From the IMG/VR virus record IMGVR_UViG_3300030397_000824, positions 37,047 through 101,046 of that record: DNA of 64,000 nt. One strand, written 5' to 3'. The DNA is from a virus. The notes under the pieces are model-generated. The model ran no database searches. It saw only the letters and a program-made list of their open reading frames with translations, and was not told the origin of the DNA. Position 1 is the first letter of the stretch; each line of letters opens with the position of its first letter. Shown here in pieces: positions 56,429 to 64,000 of the stretch. The translations under genes were made by a program, and so were the position numbers.

Positions 56429-57279
56429 TGCACGGAATGCTCATGTTTGCTCATAACAACGAGCTTTTTGATTACGGGAAGATGGCATACGCTTCTGCGC
56501 TTTCTGCCACCCACCACATCGATGCGCCAATTTCCTTAGTAACAGACAATGAAACATGGGACCAATTGTTTGGGGCGTACCCCGATGCCGGTCGAATATT
56601 CGGTGATCCGATATTAGTCAAAAATGAGAAACAGAACCAACGCCATTTTGATATGATAAGCGGCCCCCGAAAGAAAGCCAAATATCATAATCTTACCCGA
56701 CTTCGAGCATACGAGTTGTCACCGTATGACGAAACGTTGTTGATAGATTCCGACGTATTGGTTCAAGATCGCACATTGAATATGCTTTGGGGCTCCAACC
56801 AACATATCAGGATGAACAAACGAATAATGAATTTGTTCAAAAACGAATTCGCGGATCATACGGTGGAAATCAGCGATAACGGGTTGACTTCTTTTTGGGC
56901 GACAATGTGTTATTTTCGGAAATCTCAAACGGCAAAAGATTTCTTCGAGTTAGCAAACCTCATTGCACGAAATTATGATTACTACGGGTTGTTGCATCAA
57001 TTTCCGGCAGGACTAATCCGAGTCGATTTTGTTATGACCATCGCTGCACACATCATGAGTGGGTATGTGAATGATTCCATCGTGGCACCATTGCCATGCG
57101 AGTATACCGTTTTTGCGTGGAATCGGGACATCATGTTTGATATTGAGCGAGGGCGTGCGACATTCCTAACCGAAGTGGAAGGCAAAACATTTCCGGTGTC
57201 CACGTATCAGACAGTTCATTGCATGAACAAAGATAGCATGATGGCCATGGCCGACAGGATAATTGATCTGTATGCGTAA
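56428..57279 (+). CDS. GT-A fold glycosyltransferase (GT8-like)
   Basis: YELSPYDETLLIDSD (DxD), FWAT..YF.K. Confidence 0.8.
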   Translation: MHGMLMFAHNNELFDYGKMAYASALSATHHIDAPISLVTDNETWDQLFGAYPDAGRIFGDPILVKNEKQNQRHFDMISGPRKKAKYHNLTRLRAYELSPYDETLLIDSDVLVQDRTLNMLWGSNQHIRMNKRIMNLFKNEFADHTVEISDNGLTSFWATMCYFRKSQTAKDFFELANLIARNYDYYGLLHQFPAGLIRVDFVMTIAAHIMSGYVNDSIVAPLPCEYTVFAWNRDIMFDIERGRATFLTEVEGKTFPVSTYQTVHCMNKDSMMAMADRIIDLYA

Positions 57280-58210
57280 GTTCAAACGACAGAGAGGTTA
57301 TATAACGATAGCTCAACGAAGCGGGAAGATTAATTACCTTCGTATGGCGTATGGTTTGGCGTTAAGTCTGAAAGCAACCCAATCCGAAGTCCCTTACCTA
57401 ACAGTTTTGGTTACTCCGGGCACACATATTCCAAAAAAGTATTCCGAGGTCTTCGATGAAGTGATTGAAATTCCATGGGGGGATGATGCTGAGCATCATA
57501 CATGGAAGATACACAACAAATGGAAGGTTTACCATCTGTCCCCATATGAGGAAACTATTCTCCTAGATGCCGATATGATTTTCCCAACTGATGTTAGCGC
57601 ATGGTGGGATACCCTGTCGGATCGGGATGTGTGGTTTACGACTCAGCCCGTAACGTACAGCGGTGACCCAGTTGAAATAGGGACTTATCGTCATGCTTTC
57701 TTTGAAAATGAGTTGCCAATGGTGTACACCGCCTTCATGTATTTCAAACATGGCGAAGTAGCACACGAATTGTTCAGACTCGTAGAAAGCACATATCACC
57801 ATTGGTTGGATTTGTTTGGCCATTACTCGATTAGGAAGTTTCCGGACAGCTTGTTATATGAGATGAAATACTATCGTTCGCGTGATAGATATTCATGGTC
57901 GCACTTTTTCAAAAACTTTCCAGCAAACGTTAGTGGTGATTTGGCTTTTGCTACGGCAACAAAAATAATGGGTGCTGAAAACGAATTTACTGGTTCTGGG
58001 TTGTTCCCAACCTTCACTCATATGAAGCCCGGGGATCAGGGAGTCAAACCAATTCGTCCCTCGTGGACTGAAATGTTTTCTCATTCGTTGCGTGACGATC
58101 TAACGCTATTGGTGGGAAATTATCGGCAACAATATCCCTTCCATTACGTCGAGAAGGAATGGCTATCTACAAGTATTGTTGGTACGTTGGAGAAAGCTGC
58201 CCGTGGATGA
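57272..58210 (+). CDS. GT-A fold glycosyltransferase (GT8-like), paralog
   Basis: NKWKVYHLSPYEETILLDAD, TAFMYFK, FTHMKP. Confidence 0.8.
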   Translation: MRKFKRQRGYITIAQRSGKINYLRMAYGLALSLKATQSEVPYLTVLVTPGTHIPKKYSEVFDEVIEIPWGDDAEHHTWKIHNKWKVYHLSPYEETILLDADMIFPTDVSAWWDTLSDRDVWFTTQPVTYSGDPVEIGTYRHAFFENELPMVYTAFMYFKHGEVAHELFRLVESTYHHWLDLFGHYSIRKFPDSLLYEMKYYRSRDRYSWSHFFKNFPANVSGDLAFATATKIMGAENEFTGSGLFPTFTHMKPGDQGVKPIRPSWTEMFSHSLRDDLTLLVGNYRQQYPFHYVEKEWLSTSIVGTLEKAARG

Positions 58211-58751
58211 TTTTTACATTTATTATGAACCGGACACTCAGGCTAGCTTGGTTGGTGTAATCAAAGCGGTTGCTCCTATTGAACTAAAAGAGATGGGAGA
58301 CATGGAGTTCATTCGGGTGCCATCCGATATTGGTTTGGGGTTCACACGGGGAACTACTCCACTCACGAACTGGGTGGTTAGATGGGACGCTGATGCTGAT
58401 GCGATGTGCCTCGTACAATTAGAAACCGACTCTCTCCGAGAAGCACCGAAATTTCTTGAAGTAATTCCAACTAAGGAAGAAAATCCTCAAACCACAATTA
58501 CGTGGAAACCTTCCGAGGGTGTTTTTAATGTTCGAACACGAGGGGTTAGCATCACTCATCCAAATCTGGATATGAACTTTTTTGTCACCCGAGAATGCGA
58601 TCCCAACATTCTTTATTATCATTTCTCGGTTCGGCTTCTTGCTACGATGAACCGGGTCGGGTATGATATTCCTTGCAATGTTAGCTTACCTAAAAAATTC
58701 AGTGTCTACACCAAATTTGAGTTGGACCGATATCAATTAAGGTACGAATAA
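58203..58751 (+). CDS. Hypothetical protein
   Basis: GTG start overlapping upstream stop region; tightly packed operon. Confidence 0.6.
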   Translation: MDDFYIYYEPDTQASLVGVIKAVAPIELKEMGDMEFIRVPSDIGLGFTRGTTPLTNWVVRWDADADAMCLVQLETDSLREAPKFLEVIPTKEENPQTTITWKPSEGVFNVRTRGVSITHPNLDMNFFVTRECDPNILYYHFSVRLLATMNRVGYDIPCNVSLPKKFSVYTKFELDRYQLRYE

Positions 58752-59698
58752 TGAAAACATTTAATACTAACGAATTTGATATCATTTACCTTTCATATGA
58801 CGAGCCACGTGCTGAAGAATTCTATGCCGACGTGAAATCCAAATACCCGTGGGCCAAACACGTTCATGGAGTAAAGGGATTCGACTCTGCGCACAAAGCG
58901 TGTGCTAATCTTTCAGAAACCGACCGATTTATAACCATTGATGGAGACAACATCGTCGATGACGAATTTTTCAATATGGAATTTGAAGTCCCCAATGACA
59001 TCGAAGATTGTGTTTTTTCTTGGGCGGCAAGGAACCACATCAACGGACTCAAGTATGGTAATGGCGGGCTAAAGTGTTGGCCAAAACAATACGTGCTTGA
59101 TATGCGAACGCATGAGAATGCAGACGATGACGCAGCGACGGTCGATTTTTGTTGGGACGTAAAATATATCCAATTCGAAGATTCGTATTGCGAAACCTTC
59201 ACGAACGGAAGTCCGTTTCAAGCCTTTCGGGCGGGATTCCGTGAGGGAGTCAAAATGTCACTGGATCGTGGGCGGAAAATAAAATTGGCGCAGATAGACA
59301 ACAACGCGCTGTGGCACGGTAACACCAAAAGAATGGAAATATGGGCGTCTGTTGGTGCCGATGTCAAAAACGGATTGTGGTCAGTGTATGGAACTCGGTT
59401 GGGTGCATACATGACAAATCTCACTGACTGGGATCATGATGCAATTTCCGATTATGATTGGTTTGAGACGTTTTGGAATCGAGATATTGCCCACAAGATG
59501 CAACATAAAATGGGCAATGATATGTACTGTCCTTATATGAAGTATGAGTGGGATTATTCTATTTTGTGGGAAGAAGTCTGCACCCTTGGAAATCAATTGC
59601 GTCATTCTATGGGTTTGAAGTTAGGTGATCTCGATGAAGATGCTTCCCGGTTTTTTAAACACGTGTATGTAGCACCGAGCCGAACCGGTTATAATTGA
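58751..59698 (+). CDS. Glycosyltransferase-like protein (SYDEP...IDGD family)
   Basis: SYDEP, VHGVKG.D.AH.A, FITIDGDN, YGNGGLK.W. Confidence 0.7.
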   Translation: MKTFNTNEFDIIYLSYDEPRAEEFYADVKSKYPWAKHVHGVKGFDSAHKACANLSETDRFITIDGDNIVDDEFFNMEFEVPNDIEDCVFSWAARNHINGLKYGNGGLKCWPKQYVLDMRTHENADDDAATVDFCWDVKYIQFEDSYCETFTNGSPFQAFRAGFREGVKMSLDRGRKIKLAQIDNNALWHGNTKRMEIWASVGADVKNGLWSVYGTRLGAYMTNLTDWDHDAISDYDWFETFWNRDIAHKMQHKMGNDMYCPYMKYEWDYSILWEEVCTLGNQLRHSMGLKLGDLDEDASRFFKHVYVAPSRTGYN

Positions 59699-61110
59699 TG
59701 CCCGACGATCTTATTAAATTTAAGAAAGAGGTGATGGATAAAATATCACCAACTTTCTGTGCATCCAAATGGTTCGATGCTGTTATATTTTTAAACGAAG
59801 GCAGAACCAAATCCTGTCATCATACCCCGGCACACCCAATCGATTCTGTTGAAGTGAAATTCAATCCGATGGCGCTTCACAACACAAAAGAAAAGAAAGA
59901 ACAAAGGCGGCAAATGTTGGCAGGCGAAAAACCCGAAGCATGCCAGTATTGTTGGAATGTTGAGGATGCAGCAAGTGGAGATGTGTATCCGGATAGGGTT
60001 CCGTATACACACCGATTCTCTGGCATCGATGTGAAAATGGCAGGGGCAGCATCCATGGAGGATTGGTATCTGAGAACGTTGGAAGTCTCATTTGATCGAA
60101 CATGCAATTTCGCATGCTCATATTGCAGCCCCCGATTCTCAACAACATGGGCCAAAGACATCAAGAAGCATGGTGGGTACGCTCTTCAAATGACGGCCCC
60201 CTACTATGCGGATGATGGGTCCAAGCTCGCAGAGCCTTATGGAAGGAACAACGAGGGCAATCCGTACTTGGAAGCATTCTGGGAGTGGTGGCCAGAGCTT
60301 TCCCGAACTCTGGATCAATTCAGAATTACCGGTGGAGAACCCATGATGAGTGCATCGTTCTGGAAACTGGTTGAGTTGATCAAGAAAGAGGGAATCCGGG
60401 ATGAAATGCTCATTTCAGTGAATTCGAATTTGGGCTCAAAGGAAAGTCTTATTAACGATTTTATTGGTTTAACACATTCGGTTAAGCGATTCTCGCTGTT
60501 CACGTCTTGCGAGGCTCACGGGGCGGCAGCAGAATATTTGCGTGACGGACTGGACTATCAGTATTGGCTTGGTAATTTACGAAAGATCATGATCGAGGGC
60601 AATGTAGAATCCACTACAATCATGACTACCATCACGGCTGCATCATTATTCTCGTTTACCGAATTCTTAGATGACATAATCGCCTTGCGTAATGAAGGAC
60701 AGGGGCATAAAATTATGTTATCTTTCAACATGTTAAAGAAGCCACAGTTTATGTCTATTCTCATTCTTCCGGACGAATTGCGCGAGGATCGTGCGATGGT
60801 CTTGGAACAATGGCGGGATGATCATATCCAACGGGATGACCTACTGGATTGGGAAATCAACGGCGTAAACAAAGTCATTGCGTATTTGCGTGAGGGTAAA
60901 GACCCGGCGTGGTCAGAAGATTTACGTCATCGAATGCGAAATGAGCTTGACTTCTATTTGTTCTATAGGCAGTATGATGAACGACGTGGTAAATCATTCC
61001 ACGAAACGTTTTCACCGGCATTGGTGGAGTGGTACGACGGACTCCTTGACCAATACGAAGAAGATATTAAAAAATACCACGAGTTCAAAACGAGTGGACG
61101 AAAACTTTAA
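59698..61110 (+). CDS. Radical SAM protein with N-terminal Cys/His (twitch-like) region
   Basis: CNFACSYC, ITGGEP, N-terminal C..KW...SCHH and CQYCW. Confidence 0.9.
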   Translation: MPDDLIKFKKEVMDKISPTFCASKWFDAVIFLNEGRTKSCHHTPAHPIDSVEVKFNPMALHNTKEKKEQRRQMLAGEKPEACQYCWNVEDAASGDVYPDRVPYTHRFSGIDVKMAGAASMEDWYLRTLEVSFDRTCNFACSYCSPRFSTTWAKDIKKHGGYALQMTAPYYADDGSKLAEPYGRNNEGNPYLEAFWEWWPELSRTLDQFRITGGEPMMSASFWKLVELIKKEGIRDEMLISVNSNLGSKESLINDFIGLTHSVKRFSLFTSCEAHGAAAEYLRDGLDYQYWLGNLRKIMIEGNVESTTIMTTITAASLFSFTEFLDDIIALRNEGQGHKIMLSFNMLKKPQFMSILILPDELREDRAMVLEQWRDDHIQRDDLLDWEINGVNKVIAYLREGKDPAWSEDLRHRMRNELDFYLFYRQYDERRGKSFHETFSPALVEWYDGLLDQYEEDIKKYHEFKTSGRKL

Positions 61111-61131
61111 CCAGAAAGCAGGAGATGCACT

Positions 61132-62238
61132 ATGGGTTCTACATCTTTCGGCAGTGTCAACAAATCGGCTGACGAACCAACAGAAGAAACGGCAATCGGT
61201 TCGTCGGTTCAGACCGATGACGAACTTACCACCTCGATAAAACAAGCACAACGCCACTGGGGTACGAATCCAGAGGGGACTCTTTATTGGGGAACTAGCA
61301 ACGTCGAAGAAAACATCCCACCGGGTCTTTATCGGTGCGCACATCGCGACGATGTTGGTCCGTGCTTCAACAAACTCATCATCGAAACGGACACCCTCAT
61401 TCGCCTGCCAGATATGGTCTGCAACGAGGTCATCGACCAGATTCAGGAATTTTGGTCCGACCGGGTCAAAAAATCCATGGAAGAGCGTGGCTTCATGCAC
61501 AAGCGTGGTATTATGATGTACGGTGAACCGGGTTCCGGTAAGACCTGTACTATTCAGGTTCTCGTGCAGATGCTCATCAACGCTGGCGGTATCGCGATTT
61601 ACGCGGAAGACCCCGCTATCCTTTCCAATTGCCTTCAGTTGCTCCGGCGCATCGAATCAGAACGCCCCGTCATCGTTATTCTCGAAGACTTCGACACACT
61701 GACGGATCGTGACCATCGCGAGAACAACTGGTTGGCGGTGTTGGACGGTGAAGCTCAGATCAAGAACGTTGTCTTTCTGGCTACCACCAACTACATCGAA
61801 CAAATCGACAAACGTTTCGTGGATCGCCCATCGCGTTTTGATATCATCATGCCGGTGCCCATGCCGACCGCTCGCGACCGTGCTGCGTTCATTCGTTACA
61901 AGGAACCGTCTCTGACGGACGAAGAATTGTACGAATGGGTTCAGGCGTCTGTTGGCTTCAGTCTGGCACACGTGAAGGAAATCATCATTTCCGTTATCTG
62001 TTTCGGGAAGCCGCTGGAAGAAACCATTGACCGGCTGAACTCGCAACGCAAGCGTGACTTTTCGAACACCGATTTGGAGAACGAGGCACGAGGTTCTTCT
62101 GGTGTGGGATTTGAAAAGAAAGGCGGTCCGAAGAAGTCGTTCAATGACCGAGAAGACTTTGACAAGTTCCTCAAAGAAGAGCTTGCCGAATGGGACTACA
62201 CGGTCGAGATCAAAGACATCGAGGAAGTTGCCGAGTAA
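61132..62238 (+). CDS. AAA+ ATPase
   Basis: YGEPGSGKT, ILEDFD, TTNY, DRPSRFD; strong AGGAG RBS. Confidence 0.92.
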   Translation: MGSTSFGSVNKSADEPTEETAIGSSVQTDDELTTSIKQAQRHWGTNPEGTLYWGTSNVEENIPPGLYRCAHRDDVGPCFNKLIIETDTLIRLPDMVCNEVIDQIQEFWSDRVKKSMEERGFMHKRGIMMYGEPGSGKTCTIQVLVQMLINAGGIAIYAEDPAILSNCLQLLRRIESERPVIVILEDFDTLTDRDHRENNWLAVLDGEAQIKNVVFLATTNYIEQIDKRFVDRPSRFDIIMPVPMPTARDRAAFIRYKEPSLTDEELYEWVQASVGFSLAHVKEIIISVICFGKPLEETIDRLNSQRKRDFSNTDLENEARGSSGVGFEKKGGPKKSFNDREDFDKFLKEELAEWDYTVEIKDIEEVAE

Positions 62239-62251
62239 TACTGGCACCAAA

Positions 62252-62956
62252 ATGTACGACATTGTATTTCTTTCATACAACGAGCCACATGCACAACAGC
62301 ACTGGGAACTTTTGAAAAATAGATTCCCACGTGCTAAGCATGTGGCTGGTGTTGAAGGAATACCCCGAGCCCACCGCGCAGCCGCGCAACGATGTAAGAC
62401 CAAATACTTCTGGGTTGTTGACGCCGATAATATAGTCAACGACGATTTCAATTTCGATTTCAAATGGCCACGTGTTGATACCCGTGACGACCGTGTTGCT
62501 GTCTGGAGAGCCCGTAACAACGTAAACGGGTTGGAATATGGATATGGTGGTATTAAATTATTACCACGACAAGTCGTTTTAGGAATGCCTGACGGGGTAA
62601 TGGATTTTACCACAAGCATCAGTGATTATTTTCATGCAATGGAAGACGTGGCATCAACGACAATAATCAATTCATCACCCTACGAAGCATGGAAAGCAGG
62701 TTTTAGGGAATGTGCAAAGCTCGCGTCCGGATTAATGGGCGGAGACGAAAACACAAATGAAGAACGCATGGCAACATGGATGCACGAAGCGCAGGATATT
62801 CCGAACGCAGAGTATTGTGTTGCGGGTGCCCGTGCTGGATCGCAATTCGGACTTACGAATAAACGGGATCGCTTTGTGCTGAGACAAATCAATGACTGGG
62901 AATGGCTTCGTGAACACTTCAATACAAGTACTGCCAAAGAAATGGGAAACGCGTAG
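62252..62956 (+). CDS. Glycosyltransferase-like protein, paralog of 58751 gene
   Basis: SYNEP, V.GV.GI..AH.A, FWVVDADN, YGYGGIK; start moved to ATG 62252. Confidence 0.75.
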   Translation: MYDIVFLSYNEPHAQQHWELLKNRFPRAKHVAGVEGIPRAHRAAAQRCKTKYFWVVDADNIVNDDFNFDFKWPRVDTRDDRVAVWRARNNVNGLEYGYGGIKLLPRQVVLGMPDGVMDFTTSISDYFHAMEDVASTTIINSSPYEAWKAGFRECAKLASGLMGGDENTNEERMATWMHEAQDIPNAEYCVAGARAGSQFGLTNKRDRFVLRQINDWEWLREHFNTSTAKEMGNA

Positions 62957-62969
62957 ACTCGTCGTTGCA

Positions 62970-63497
62970 ATGAGTCAGGTTGTCCAACGAGCCAACTGGT
63001 CTGATAGCAACCAAATTTCGTTATCTTGCCGAGAAGGCGAACAAGAATTTAATGAATGGGTTTACGCCCACGGCGATCCTGTCAGACCATTCACGAGAGA
63101 TGGGCACGTGATTCATCAAGAATCCGACTTTGGTGGATTTCTAAAAGGGTTCGAAACGGCATCCCCTTACTTTTTTGAAATTTGGAAGCATTTGGTGAGT
63201 GAGTACGGTCACGTATACCGAATGCGTTTGATCAAGTTAAGGCCACGGACCTGCCTCAGTTTTCATGCGGATTACAATCGTCGAATTCATATTCCCATCA
63301 TTTCGAATGATCGTTGCTATATGGTTATAAACGAAACGGACCAACACCCGCCCAAGAATTCATCAACGCACGTCGATTCCCTAGAAACACATCGGCTTTC
63401 TGCTGATGGTTCCATGTACCTTGTTGATACTCGACACCCTCATACTGCATTCAATGGCGGTGAAGTAGACCGTGTTCATCTAGTGTGTTCGATATGA
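62970..63497 (+). CDS. Asp/Asn beta-hydroxylase-like 2OG-Fe(II) enzyme
   Basis: RMRL..L.P, FHAD, RIHIPI.SN, DT..PHT..N, DR.HLV. Confidence 0.75.
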   Translation: MSQVVQRANWSDSNQISLSCREGEQEFNEWVYAHGDPVRPFTRDGHVIHQESDFGGFLKGFETASPYFFEIWKHLVSEYGHVYRMRLIKLRPRTCLSFHADYNRRIHIPIISNDRCYMVINETDQHPPKNSSTHVDSLETHRLSADGSMYLVDTRHPHTAFNGGEVDRVHLVCSI

Positions 63498-64000
63498 CAG
63501 ATGCGATTTTAATTTTACGTGGCCTCGAAGAAATGTATCCTGAGATTGAGTTTGTCTCGCGATTACGTCAGGCGTTAGAAGATCATCCTGATTTAAATTG
63601 GGGTGATGCATTGTCGCGGGGTCAAACAACATCCAAGTTATGGCTCGTGCATGAGTTGATCATGAACAAGCAATACGATCTTGGTCACGTTGCGCTATGT
63701 GGTGGTTGGGTCGGTCTGTTAGCAAGAATGATTTTTGACGAGAAGCGAATCAACGTAGACCACATCCATAGTTTGGACATTAGTGCGGTTGCCACCTTCG
63801 CGGCGAGAACAATCAATCAAGAATATGTAAACCACAAGTTTACTTCAACCGTGGCGGACTGCCACGACATGATGTACAAAGATCAATACAACACGGTCAT
63901 TAACACCAGTTGTGAACATTTCCAAAACTTTTCAACATGGACTAAACGAATTTCTCCCGGAAGGCTGGTCGTGTTGCAATCAAATGATTTTACAGAAATG
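63494..64000 (+). CDS. Class I SAM-dependent methyltransferase (runs off window)
   Basis: Manual translation: DALSRGQTTSKLWL, LCGGWVG, SFDI, VINTSCEH, LQSND; ATGA overlap. Confidence 0.75.
   Translation, partial: MTDAILILRGLEEMYPEIEFVSRLRQALEDHPDLNWGDALSRGQTTSKLWLVHELIMNKQYDLGHVALCGGWVGLLARMIFDEKRINVDHIHSLDISAVATFAARTINQEYVNHKFTSTVADCHDMMYKDQYNTVINTSCEHFQNFSTWTKRISPGRLVVLQSNDFTEM

Noticed and set aside
1-64000. Genome-wide TAG reassignment
   Set aside because: Very long ORFs are intact under code 11 and TAG ends real genes (12940, 16558, 62956); only one internal amber was seen

Overview
Segment of a large T4-superfamily (jumbo) myophage genome. No host housekeeping block, CRISPR array or rRNA is present. 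Bases 1-25.8 kb run almost entirely on the minus strand: accessory genes (nadA, lipoproteins), the head module (portal gp20, acidic core protein, protease gp21, scaffold, capsid gp23), tape measure and gp26-like hub chaperone, nucleotide metabolism (ThyX, 2OG oxygenase, dNMP kinase), RuvC, gp46/gp47 and the late sigma gp55. Bases 25.9-64 kb are mostly plus strand: baseplate genes (tube initiator, gp53, hub, gp5-lysozyme, gp25, gp6, a 3385-aa wedge protein), fibre genes, then a glycosyltransferase / radical SAM / hydroxylase / methyltransferase cluster. The RpoH-like sigma and the His-like acceptor stem suggest an alphaproteobacterial host (inference). Main finds not in the ORF track: (1) a ~245-nt tRNA-shaped RNA whose anticodon loop is replaced by a 174-nt structured domain, with a compensatory C19-G56 elbow swap, directly followed by a cupin gene with an in-frame amber at codon 5; (2) a start-less -1 frame ORF overlapping the gp26-like gene upstream of the tape measure, a lambda G/GT-type frameshift candidate; (3) three promoter classes matching host sigma70, a phage RpoH-like sigma and gp55, suggesting a sigma cascade. 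All family assignments come from motif recognition, not database searches.
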